Origin: Paragordius varius
Lineage: Eukaryota; Animalia; Nematomorpha
DNA length: 64,000 nucleotides
Direction of reading: 5' to 3'
Assembly: GCA_964247055.1 (NCBI GenBank)
Contig: OZ176054.1
Span: forward strand, 13,454,001 to 13,518,000
Part shown: one piece after another, positions 47,946-60,700 of the stretch
Position numbering within the stretch: position 1 is the first letter of the stretch
Layout of the letters: each line of letters opens with the position of its first letter
Program-made: the position numbers and the translations under genes
Notes under the pieces: generated by a model
The model's database searches: none
What the model was told of the DNA's origin: nothing
The model's input: the letters and a program-made list of their open reading frames with translations, nothing else

Positions 47946-49225
47946 TGCTCAATACACGACTAGTGGAAATCTAAATCCATAGAAAAGATTATACTGTAGA
48001 TCATATTATAGTAGATAAAAACTTACGGATTAGAATCAAAGCCGTTTGTGACTTTGAAACACAGTAATGGAAATTATACGGACCAATATTTTCAAAAGAC
48101 ATCCATACTTAATCCGTAATTTTACCAACAAAATTATTTCATCACAAATGGAAAATATATAATTGATTGTCTTTTGAAAATAATATTATTAAAAAATTTG
48201 CCCGTGAAACCACCCAGATTAAAAACAAAATGCAAATCTTAACCGTGTTAAAATGGCACTTTACAATAATATATAGCATTTGACTAAAAAAATTTTTTTT
48301 ACAAAACGATGTTTTTGGAATAACATTTGTATATATTCATCTTCCATAAATTCAGGTAATTTAAGTTTTTTATCAGTGATGACTCGTTTTCATCAAAATA
48401 TTTCTATAAGAATTTCATATGATAAAAAATTTATATATATTTGCGTCATTATTAATAATAAATTTTATTAGATAATTTTTTAAAAAAGCCATAATTATTC
48501 GAAAATTTTCCATTGTGGTGGATAATCTAACTTATATTTATAATAATTAATATGTTGTAACCGGTGTCCATTATAAGTAATAATTCCATTATAAGTAATA
48601 ATAATAGTTTTTTGTAATATATTGATCTGAAGCCAGCGTTTACCAAAATTTATTGGGTATTTTTTATACTGATTTTGTGAAATGTATTGTAAATATATTA
48701 ATGGTTTAATATTAACGATTGCCATAATTTTTACCTATAAAATATATTCAAATTGGCCAAGAAGAAACTATATCACATACCACTGGATAGGGAATTGAAA
48801 GCGTTAAAGAAAGAATTTAAAATAGATAAAAGATAAGTTTATGAATTTAGGTTAAAAATGAACGACATTTAGCTCCCAGCATGATTTGATCATATTATAA
48901 TTATATAGGTAAACACATTAACATTATCATGACTCCTAAACCTATCAATCGATTTGAAATTAATTTTTTTTTCAGGTAAGCTTTTTATTTAAGTGATTAT
49001 AGATTTTTACAAATTATTCACTTATATAAAAAATTTTAAATTAAAAACATGTGCTATCAATGGGCGTTAAAAAATGAAAATTCTAACCAATTGTAGCGAA
49101 AAAAATACTGTTTTTTTAACCTAAAAAATTATTAAAAATATATTACACATGGTTGATATTGTGTGTTCAGGGCTATATTTTACAATACTTTGTGACAAAA
49201 AAAGCAATATTTCTTTTTAAAAAAA

Positions 49226-50433
49226 ATGTATAAAAATGTATATTTTCTCCCTTATTTTTTGGGTCTTTTCTTGCGACCTCAATATGCGTTCGTGTTTGTA
49301 TCCAAAGCACCAACTTACTTTCAATATCAAAACGCTTCCGATTCAGAATTAACCAATAATTTTAACACAATCGATGATATATCTCGTAATGTTGAGTTTT
49401 CCAACAATTTCAGTTTTGTCCATGCTGAAAAAATACCGGATAATTATTTAAGTTCACAAAGGCAAACCGAATTCCAAAGGCCAATAAGTCTCAAGGATAA
49501 TCGCGAGATATTAAAGGGTCGAACATGGGAGGAATACGAATTAGTTCAAAGATATATGACATATCTTGATAATAATCAAACTACTGTACATAAAAGTGGC
49601 AAAAATGTTTTTGCGCCCTCAACCAAAAGCAATGGCCTATTTGAAACGGATATTGTGTTGACACCTCAAACAGCACAATATTATTTCGGACGCAATTCCC
49701 AAACAACGGAACATTTGAATTCAATATTACCCAAAAAAGTTTCGAGGGTTTATAAAACATGGAAAGATACGATGCCAATACGATATAAATTGGAAGACTT
49801 GGAAGGTTGAACACGTTAAATAATTGTTTCAGTTTGATAAATATGAAATGTAAATAATGGATTAATTTAGTCATAACTTTGTCTAAGTATCTATTATTTT
49901 ATAAAAGCCAGACAGCTAATCATTTAGGCATAGGGATCTATCAAAATGAAGTTAAACAAGCAAAAATAAGGAAATGATTAAATGTAAATTTATAATGGGA
50001 TTAACCATTAGCCAGATTCCCATTTTATTCACATATATTTAGTTTTTGTAGTCATACAATATACTTTAGGTAATGATGTATATTAAGGGCGTTTTATATT
50101 TCATTTGCGCCTTTTTTTCAAAAACTCTATAATGGTTATTATGAATTTTAAAGCAACACAAATAATTTTATTAGATCCGTTGCTATATGACCAAATTATT
50201 GAAGCAATATATCTTTGGCAAAATTTGACTTGCGTACGATTCCAAGCCATACCTGACAACTCAAATGAAACTGTCCAAGGAGATCATTTAGTATTTTTTT
50301 CTGGGGCTGGGTAATTCATAATACCTTTTTCTTTCAAAAACAAAAGTTTACCTTTACTATTGTTAGCTGTTGGTCCTACATTGGTAAAACAGGCGGAGAA
50401 CAAACCATTTCAATAACCACTAAATGTGTGAAA
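49226..50433 (+). CDS. Astacin-family zinc metalloprotease, 5' exons only (signal peptide, prodomain, start of catalytic domain)
   Basis: Exons 49226-49805, 50175-50310 and 50367-50433. Motifs: LFETDIVLT (FEGDI-like Asp switch), W...IRY, IIEAIYLWQNLTCVRF, LVFFSGAG|CWSYIGKTGGEQTISI...C. The HExxH exon was not found in the window. Confidence 0.85.
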
Positions 50434-50473
50434 GTTAGTGTTTTTAGACAATCTTTTGATATACATACATATA

Positions 50474-50660
50474 CAGTATGAGTAAGTATACATTGCTTGC
50501 TAGAAAGTTATTAATTATTGCCAAAAAGCATAGACAACGGGCAGTATTATTGGCTTATAGTGATTTTTTCACTTTCTACTATAATTAGATACTCTCTTTG
50601 CTGCAGAAGCTATTTGGCAATAATTAATAACTTTCTAGCAATATATACTAACTCATACTG
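50474..50660. mobile_element. MITE family C (in astacin intron)
   Basis: TA|CAGTATGAGT...ACTCATACTG inverted termini. Confidence 0.8.
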
Positions 50661-51099
50661 TTGTATATAAATAGAAGTCTCAAGGTTAAAAAGTTGAATA
50701 TTTTTTTTATTCCTTTTACAATATGCATTGTGATGGTTGCTTATTGCACACAATAGTTGGGCAATTCGCAATACATTAGTGTATGGAAAAAAGAACAAAA
50801 TATTTAAAAAAAAACAAAGCAATGTAAGAAAGGAAAAACATTTTTATTCAACATTTTTTGTTTTTTCCATACATTCCTTTGTTGCAAATGGTCCAATTAT
50901 AGTGTTAAATAAGCAACAATTAAAATGCACACTGTATGTATAAGGTGACCAGATTTTTTGAAGGAAAAAGCGGGACAAATCTGAGAAAGGGGGGGGGGAT
51001 CATTGGGGGGTACAACCAAAAGATTTTATACATAAAATTTATTGTAATATTTATTTATTTTTAACACAAATACATTATAAATATAAAAAAATTTGTACC

Positions 51100-51880
51100 T
51101 TAGAGGTTGTTTGTACCTTATTCAATAAATTTACATGTGCACGAACAAAAGGTGAAGTAAAGACGAAATCATCACAAAGTGCGCTGGGTGATGCAAGAAG
51201 CGGCACAAAAAATATTTTTAACAATTTCGCGAATATAATCAAAACATTATTGGCAGATCAACGCTATTCAAACAGCTACTGATTTGTTACCCCTGGATGT
51301 GGAAAATATAGATTTTAAAATTCTTGGATAATGTAGAACTGTTGGTTAGCTCCTTTGCCAGCGATTGAAATATTTATAAAAATGTGATCTCCTAGAATCA
51401 TATTATTTATCACAGGACAAAGGTCAAAATTCCAAGTCAAAAAAGGTTAGAAAATAATTTTATACCATTACCTAATCGCAATATTATAAAGCATCTAGAA
51501 AAACAAGGCTCAATGAATAGCCAGAATATAAAAATGTTTTATACAAACAGAAACGATTATTTGGGAGACAAGACGGTGCACAATGACACTTTTTTATGAA
51601 GTCTCATTATTAAATAAATATATTGAAAAACTTATATTATGGACAACAGAAAATACGTAGGATAGAAATGGTTAAAATAATCATTTTTAAACAAATAATG
51701 TTCCATACAATAATATTTTAATTGTAGAATTTACATTATCTTTACCTGAACCACTGCCATTGAACGCGTTTTCCACAGCAAATTAAGTAAGGACACGGAA
51801 TCAAATTTAAATGTTGAATATATGCCATTTTATGTGTTCAAATATAATTTGACAAATCATGAAGACTTATACAATATTTT
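51100..51880 (+). pseudogene. Inverted, multiply deleted and diverged copy of the same hAT transposase inside the element
   Basis: 51105-51165 is the reverse complement of about 53385-53445; 51265-51310 of about 52955-52995; 51425-51520 of about 52500-52600; 51730-51780 of about 52100-52160. Confidence 0.8.
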
Positions 51881-51934
51881 AAGTAATTTTGTTTATTTTT
51901 TAATATAAAAACTTTATTAATATAAAGAAATATT

Positions 51935-53771
51935 TTATTCTTTGGTATATTTTTTGTTTGAGTGAATGCGTTTTAGCGGATTGTCATTTTAAAAATATTA
52001 TAGAAGTCTTCACAAGAATGTGTCTAATTATATTTGACAGATAAAATTCCCTTTAAAGTTTCAACAAAATAAATTTGATTTTTCCGATGTCCACACATAT
52101 ACTGTGGAAAAAACGCGCTCAGTAGCAGCGTGGGTTCCAGGTAAAGATAGTGCGAATTCCATAATTTTAATATTATTAATGTAATTATAGTTGGCTTCAA
52201 AATGATAAAATATTTCCAACCATTTCTTTTCTACTGTATATTTTTCTTTTGTCCATAATTTAAGTTTTTCATTATTAATATATCTTTTAACTAATGATTC
52301 TTCAGGAAAAAGATCATTTTCTGAAAGATTTTTTGAGAATTTTTGGGATCAGATATAATCAAATGATTTTTGAACATCGCACCAATTTGTTTTTATTGTT
52401 ATCCAAAGAAAATGATTAATTTTATTGAATTGCGTCGTCCAGTCTTCCAAATAATTTCTACAGTTTGTATAAAATATTTTTATATGGTACAGGATATCTT
52501 GGCGATTTATTAAGCCTTGTTTTTCTAAATTATTTATTATATTACGGATGGTTAATGGTATAAAATTATTTTCTAACCGTTCTTGACATTGGAATTTTAG
52601 GTTACTAACTTCATTGTCTACTTCGATTGCCGAAATTTTGTCACCTTCTATAAATTTAATAACATGAAAGAGAGAAGCTTGATTATGTAAGAATTCTAAC
52701 CATATTTTTGAAGAATCACTTTTAAAAAACTTTTTTAAAGTTGTAGGACATTTGTCCTGTGATAAAAAAATGATTTTAAAGGATCATACATTTTTAAAAT
52801 TCTTTCGATAGCTGGCATAAAAGCTAACCAACGAGTTTTACAATATCCAAGCATTTTTTGATATTGAACTTCTGCATTTTCACAGAATTCTTTAAGCGTT
52901 TCAACACGTACCGTTTATATATAAAAATAGGAATATATTTTAACAACTACATTTTCCACATCTAGGGGTAACAAATCAGCAGCTGTTTGAATATCATTGT
53001 GTATTATATGCGCTGCACACCCAACGCCAATGTCTTGATTAAGATTTTCTGCTAATTTATATTTTTTGTTCCCCTCCTTGCTTTTCCACCGAAGTTCGTA
53101 TTGGTGTTGTCAGCGCAATATGCGATAATTTTGTCTTTTAAATTATTTTTTTATAGAATATGCATTACTGAAGTAAATATTATTTCGGAATTTTCACCGG
53201 GTAAAGAAATTAAATCTAAAATTTTAATTTTAACTCCGGTTTCTGAACAAAATATCTTATTAAAGTGGGAAATAATTTTGTTTCATGGTGATTTGATGAT
53301 CAGAGTATAGGGATAAGAAATTAATTTTCAGCAAATCTTTTTGTATTTCTGAAAATGCATATGATGAAAGGACATTGCACACAATGGCTTCAGCCTTTGT
53401 ACGGGCACATGTAAAATTTTTATGGAATAAGGTACGAATAACCTGTGAGGTACAATCCATAGATCTAAAGGATTGATTGTGATTAACGGCGTGAAAAGAT
53501 AAAACACCTTCGGCTAGTGCCAAATTCTTTTCTTCCTCTCCAAAAGCGGTTTTTCGAAAAAAATCGCTCATTTTGTAGGATGATGCCGCCATATCTAAAC
53601 ATTTTATATGTTGTGTTTCCACATGCTTTGTAATATCATGCTTGCCGCCATGTGCTAGAGTGAATTGCCCCTCGCATATAAGACATTTAATTGATTCATT
53701 CTTCGTTTTTTTGATAAAAGAAAATTCTTTATTATTCCATCGTTGAATTTACAACCTCTTTTTGTGCTCAT
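51935..53771 (-). pseudogene. hAT transposase pseudogene (frameshifts and stops)
   Basis: BED-like CLIC...HGG.HDI..H finger, AEGVLSFHAVNHNQSFRSMDC, FTCARTKAEAIVCNVL, YCADNTNTNFGG, GCAAHIIHN, KTRWL, and the C-terminal dimerisation motif LSLPGTHAATERVFS. Confidence 0.9.
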
Positions 53772-54715
53772 ATTTATAAACTACTATTAGCATAATATTA
53801 CTTATATTACCATAATTTTCTGAAATAAACGTGTAAGCTACCGATTTGTGGTATTAATTTGTCTTTTAATCTAGAGATTTGTGGTATAAACTTGGCTTTT
53901 TGATTATGATGACAGTAGTAGTAGGAAGCAAAGTGTATAATCATATGATATAAATTCGAAAAAAATAAATATTTTTAATTTAAAAATAAAAAATTTTAAT
54001 TTAAAATTGAATAGATTTTAAAGATATTTGATGATAAAAAAAATTTATTTGTATTAAAAAATTTTTTTTAAATAATCGTGAAAAAGCGGGACATTTTAAA
54101 ACGTAGCGGGAGGCGGGAGAAAGTGTGAAAAAGCAGGACGTCTGGTCACCTTAATTATATATCATCTAAAAAACCTTAAATTTTGATTGAAATTCAATTA
54201 TATATGTTTTAACATTTTTTAGAGCTGGTTAATACTGAAAAGAGTGGACAACCCTGTTTTAACAAATATGGATATTCTTATATTAAAATATTTGCTTTAA
54301 GTTTTTCCGTTTTGTCTATATTTTAATTTTTAAAAAAATATGTAGAGGTGTAATCAACACAAGAGGGTTTTAATTTTAATTTTTAAAATAAATCTTGCCA
54401 ATAACTTTGATGTTGGTTGTAAAAAACATTAGTGTTTTAAAAAATTAAGGGTAACGGAATCGCTATCTCCTCTAATTGATTTTTGACAAGACACGAAAAA
54501 TAGATTGTAAAAATAACCATACCATATCTCAATATATTATATATGATTAAATTATTTATTTTTTTGATGATATAGTGACCCCATTTTGGGGGTTAATGTT
54601 GGATAATAAAACATTAATTAAATAATGGTTATAACAAAATTTTTTTAAAAATAAAAATGAGTGAGAGAGCTGTATTGGAATTATATGAAAAGGAAAAAAT
54701 GTATTGTATTATTAG

Positions 54716-57700
54716 ATGTTTTGATGCAACTGTCTTTATGGATTATCGTATATTCAGTTTACATCCATCCGTCACCGAAACCACCCCTTTTCAGTATTAG
54801 GATAGATGGAGTTAGGAATGTTGGACAACTGATTTTGATGTAACTGTGTTAATGGATTATCGGTTATTGAGTTTACATCCATCTGTCACCGAAACCACCC
54901 CTTTTCAGTATTAGGATAGATGGAGTTAAGAATGTTGGACAACTGATTTTGATGTAACTGTGTTAATGGATTATCGGTTATTGAGTTTACATCCATCTGT
55001 CACCGAAATCACCCCTTTTCAGTATTAGGATAGATGGAGTTAGGAATGTTGGACAACTGATTTTGATGTAACTGTGTTAATGGATTATCGTATATCCAGT
55101 TTACATCCATCCGTCACTGAAACCACCCCTTTTCAGTATTAGGATAGATGGAGTTAGGAATGTTGGACAACTGATTTTGATGTAACTGTGTTAATGGATT
55201 ATCATATATTAAGTTTACATCCATCCGTCACTGAAACCACCCCTTTTCAGTATTAGGATAGATGGAGTTAGGAATGTTGGACAACTGATTTTGATGTAAC
55301 TGTGTTAATGGATTATCGTATATTAAGTTTACATCCATCCGTCACCAAAACCACCCCTTAGTATTAAGATAGATGGAGTTAGGAATGTTGGACAACTGAT
55401 TTTGATGTAACTGCGTTAATGGATTATCGGTTATTGAGTTTACATCCATCCGTCACCGAAACCACCCCTTTTCAGTATTAGGATAGATGGAGTTAAGAAT
55501 GTTGGACAACTGATTTTGATGTAACTGTGTTAATGGATTATCGGTTATTGAGTTTACATCCATCCGTCACCGAAACCACCCCATTTCAGTATTAGAATAG
55601 ATGGAGTTAGGAATGTTGGACAACTGATTTTGATGTTACTGTGTTAATGGATTATCGGTTATTGAGTTTACATCCATCCGTCACCGAAACCACCCCTTTT
55701 CAGTATTAGGATAGATGGAGTTAAGAATGTTGGAATACTGATTTTGATGTAACTGTGTTAATGGATTATCGTATATAGAGTTTACATCCATCCGTCACCG
55801 AAATCACCCCTTTTCAGTATTAGGATAGATGGAGTTAAGAATGTTGGACAACTGATTTTGATGTAACTGTGTTAATGGATTATCGGTTATTGAGTTTACA
55901 TCCATCCGTCACCGAAATCACCCCTTTTCAGTATTAGGATAGATGGAGTTAAGAATGTTGGACAACTGATTTTGATGTAACTGTGTTAATGGATTATCGG
56001 TTATTGAGTTTACATCCATCCGTCACCAAAACCACCCCTTTTCAGTATTAGGATAGATGGAGTTAAGAATGTTGGACAACTGATTTTGATGTAACTGTGT
56101 TAATGGATTATCGGTTATTGAGTTTACATCCATCCGTCACCGAAAACACCCCTTTTCAGTATTAGGATAGATGGAGTTAGGAATGTTGGACAACTGATTT
56201 TGATGTAACTGTGTTAATGGATTATCGGTTATTGAGTTTACATCCATCCGCCACCGAAACCACCCCTTTTCAGTATTAGGATAGATGGAGTTAAGAATGT
56301 TGGACAACTGATTTTGATGTAACTGTGTTAATGGATTATCGGTTATTGAGTTTACATCCATCCGTCACCGAAACCACCCCTTTTCAGTATTAGGATAGAT
56401 GGAGTTAAGAATGTTGGACAACTGATTTTGATGTAACTGTGTTAATGGATTATCGGTTATTGAGTTTACATCCATCCGTCACCGAAACCACCCCTTTTCA
56501 GTATTAGGATAGATGGAGTTAAGAATGTTGGACAACTGATTTTGATGTAACTGTGTTAATGGATTATCGGTTATTGAGTTTACATCCATCCGTCACCGAA
56601 ACCACCCCTTTTCAGTATTAGGATAGATGGAGTTAAGAATGTTGGACAACTGATTTTGATGTAACTGTGTTAATGGATTATCGGTTATTGAGTTTACATC
56701 CATCTGTCACCGAAACCACCCCTTTTCAGTATTAGGATAGATGGAGTTAAGAATGTTGGAGAACTGATTTTGATGTAACTGTGTTAATGGATTATCGGTT
56801 ATTGAGTTTACATCCATCCGTCACCGAAACCACCCCTTTTCAGTATTAGGATAGATGGAGTTAAGAATGTTGGACAACTGATTTTGATGTAACTGTGTTA
56901 ATGGATTATCGGTTATTGAGTTTACATCCATCCGTCACCGAAACCACCCCTTTTCAGTATTAGGATAGATGGAGTTAAGAATGTTGGACAACTGATTTTG
57001 ATGTAACTGTGTTAATGGATTATCGGTTATTGAGTTTACATCCATCCGTCACCGAAACCACCCCTTTTCAGTATTAGGATAGATGGAGTTAAGAATGTTG
57101 GACAACTGATTTTGATGTAACTGTGTTAATGGATTATCGGTTATTGAGTTTACATCCATCCGTCACCGAAACAACCCCTTTTCAGTATTAGGATAGATGG
57201 AGTTAAGAATGTTGGACAACTGATTTTGATGTAACTGTGTTAATGGATTATCGGTTATTGAGTTTACATCCATCTGTCACCGAAACCACCCCTTTTCAGT
57301 ATTAGGATAGATGGAGTTAAGAATGTTGGACAACTGATTTTGATGTAACTGTGTTAATGGATTATCGGTTATTGAGTTTACATCCATCTGTCACCGAAAT
57401 CACCCCTTTTCAGTATTAGGATAGATGGAGTTAGGAATGTTGGACAACTGATTTTGATGTAACTGTGTTAATGGATTATCGTATATCCAGTTTACATCCA
57501 TCCGTCACTGAAACCACCCCTTTTCAGTATTAGGATAGATGGAGTTAGGAATGTTGGACAACTGATTTTGATGTAACTGTGTTAATGGATTATCATATAT
57601 TAAGTTTACATCCATCCGTCACTGAAACCACCCCTTTTCAGTATTAGGATAGATGGAGTTAGGAATGTTGGACAACTGATTTTGATGTAACTGTGTTAAT

Positions 57701-60700
57701 GGATTATCGTATATTAAGTTTACATCCATCCGTCACCAAAACCACCCCTTAGTATTAAGATAGATGGAGTTAGGAATGTTGGACAACTGATTTTGATGTA
57801 ACTGTGTTAATGGATTATCGTATATCCAGTTTACATCCATCCGTCACTGAAACCACCCCTTTTCAGTATTAGGATAGATGGAGTTAGGAATGTTGGACAA
57901 CTGATTTTGATGTAACTGTGTTAATGGATTATCGGTTATTGAGTTTACATCAATCCGTCACCGAAACCACACCTTTTCAGTATTTGGATAGATGGAGTTA
58001 AGAATGTTGGACAACAGATTTTGATGTAACTGCGTTAATGGATTATCGGTTATTGAGTTTACATCCATCCGTCACCGAAACCACCCCTTTTCAGTATTAG
58101 GATAGATGGAGTTAAGAATGTTGGACAACTGATTTTGATGTAACTGTGTTAATGGATTATCGGTTATTGAGTTTACATCCATCCGTCACCGAAACCACCC
58201 CATTTCAGTATTAGAATAGATGGAGTTAGGAATGTTGGACAACTGATTTTGATGTTACTGTGTTAATGGATTATCGGTTATTGAGTTTACATCCATCCGT
58301 CACCGAAACCACCCCTTTTCAGTATTAGGATAGATGGAGTTAAGAATGTTGGACAACTGATTTTGATGTAACTGTGTTAATGGATTATCGGTTATTGAGT
58401 TTACATCCATCCGTCACCGAAACCACCCCTTTTCAGTATTAGGATAGATGGAGTTAAGAATGTTGGACAACTGATTTTGATGTAACTGTGTTAATGGATT
58501 ATCGTATATTAAGTTTACATCCATCCGTCACCGAAACCACCCCTTTTCAGTATTAGGATAGATGGAGTTAGGAATGTTGGACAACTGATTTTGATGTAAC
58601 TGTGTTAATGGATTATCGTATATCCAGTTTACATCCATCCGTCACTGAAACCACCCCTTTTCAGTATTAGGATAGATGGAGTTAGGAATGTTGGACAACT
58701 GATTTTGATGTAACTGTGTTAATGGATTATCGTATATTAAGTTTACATCCATCCGTCACCGAAACCACCCCTTTTCAGTATTAGGATAGATGGAGTTAGG
58801 AATGTTGGACAACTGATTTTGATGTAACTGTGTTAATGGATTATCATATATTAAGTTTACATCCATCCGTCACCAAAACCACCCCTTTTCAGTATTAGGA
58901 TAGATTGAGTTAGGAATGTTGGACAACTGATTTTGATGTAACTGTGTTAATGGATTATCGTATATTAAGTTTACATCCATCCGTCACCAAAACCACCCCT
59001 TAGTATTAAGATAGATGGAGTTAGGAATGTTGGACAACTGATTTTGATGTAACTGTGTTAATGGATTATCGGTTATTGAGTTTACATCGATCCGTCACCG
59101 AAACCACCCCTTTTCAGTATTTGGATAGATGGAGTTAAGAATGTTGGACAACAGATTTTGATGTAACTGCGTTAATGGATTATCGGTTATTGAGTTTACA
59201 TCCATCCGTCACCGAAACCACCCCTTTTCAGTATTAGGATAGATGGAGTTAAGAATGTTGGACAACTGATTTTGATGTAACTGTGTTAATGGATTATCGG
59301 TTATTGAGTTTACATCCATCCGTCACCGAAACCACCCCATTTCAGTATTAGAATAGATGGAGTTAGGAATGTTGGACAACTGATTTTGATGTTACTGTGT
59401 TAATGGATTATCGGTTATTGAGTTTACATCCATCCGTCACCGAAACCACCCCTTTTCAGTATTAGGATAGATGGAGTTAAGAATGTTGGACAACTGATTT
59501 TGATGTAACTGTGTTAATGGATTATCGGTTATTGAGTTTACATCCATCCGTCACCGAAACCACCCCTTTTCAGTATTAGGATAGATGGAGTTAAGAATGT
59601 TGGACAACTGATTTTGATGTAACTGTGTTAATGGATTATCGGTTATTGAGTTTACATCCATCCGTCACCGAAACCACCCCTTTTCAGTATTAGGATAGAT
59701 GGAGTTAAGAATGTTGGACAACTGATTTTGATGTAACTGTGTTAATGGATTATCGGTTATTGAGTTTACATCCATCCGTCACCGAAACCACCCCTTTTCA
59801 GTATTAGGATAGATGGAGTTAAGAATGTTGGACAACTGATTTTGATGTAACTGTGTTAATGGATTATCGGTTATTGAGTTTACATCCATCTGTCACCGAA
59901 ACCACCCCTTTTCAGTATTAGGATAGATGGAGTTAAGAATGTTGGAGAACTGATTTTGATGTAACTGTGTTAATGGATTATCGGTTATTGAGTTTACATC
60001 CATCTGTCACCGAAACCACCCCTTTTCAGTATTAGGATAGATGGAGTTAAGAATGTTGGACAACTGATTTTGATGTAACTGTGTTAATGGATTATCGTAT
60101 ATAGAGTTTACATCCATCCGTCACCGAAATCACCCCTTTTCAGTATTAGGATAGATGGAGTTAAGAATGTTGGACAACTGATTTTGATGTAACTGTGTTA
60201 ATGGATTATCGGTTATTGAGTTTACATCCATCCGTCACCGAAAACACCCCTTTTCAGTATTAGGATAGATGGAGTTAGGAATGTTGGACAACTGATTTTG
60301 ATGTAACTGTGTTAATGGATTATCGGTTATTGAGTTTACATCCATCCGCCACCGAAACCACCCCTTTTCAGTATTAGGATAGATGGAGTTAAGAATGTTG
60401 GACAACTGATTTTGATGTAACTGTGTTAATGGATTATCGGTTATTGAGTTTACATCCATCTGTCACCGAAACCACCCCTTTTCAGTATTTGGATAGATGG
60501 AGTTAAGAATGTTGGACAACAGATTTTGATGTAACTGCGTTAATGGATTATCGGTTATTGAGTTTACATCCATCCGTCACCGAAACCACCCCTTTTCAGT
60601 ATTAGGATAGATGGAGTTAAGAATGTTGGACAACTGATTTTGATGTAACTGTGTTAATGGATTATCGGTTATTGAGTTTACATCCATCCGTCACCGAAAC

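Larger units (their letters stand above)
50941..54153 (-). mobile_element. hAT transposon (Tip100/Zaphod-like), decayed autonomous copy
   Basis: TIRs TAAGGTGACCAGA / TCTGGTCACCTTA, subterminal GCGGGACA motifs and a degenerate 8-bp flank match (5/8). It encloses a transposase pseudogene. Confidence 0.9.
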
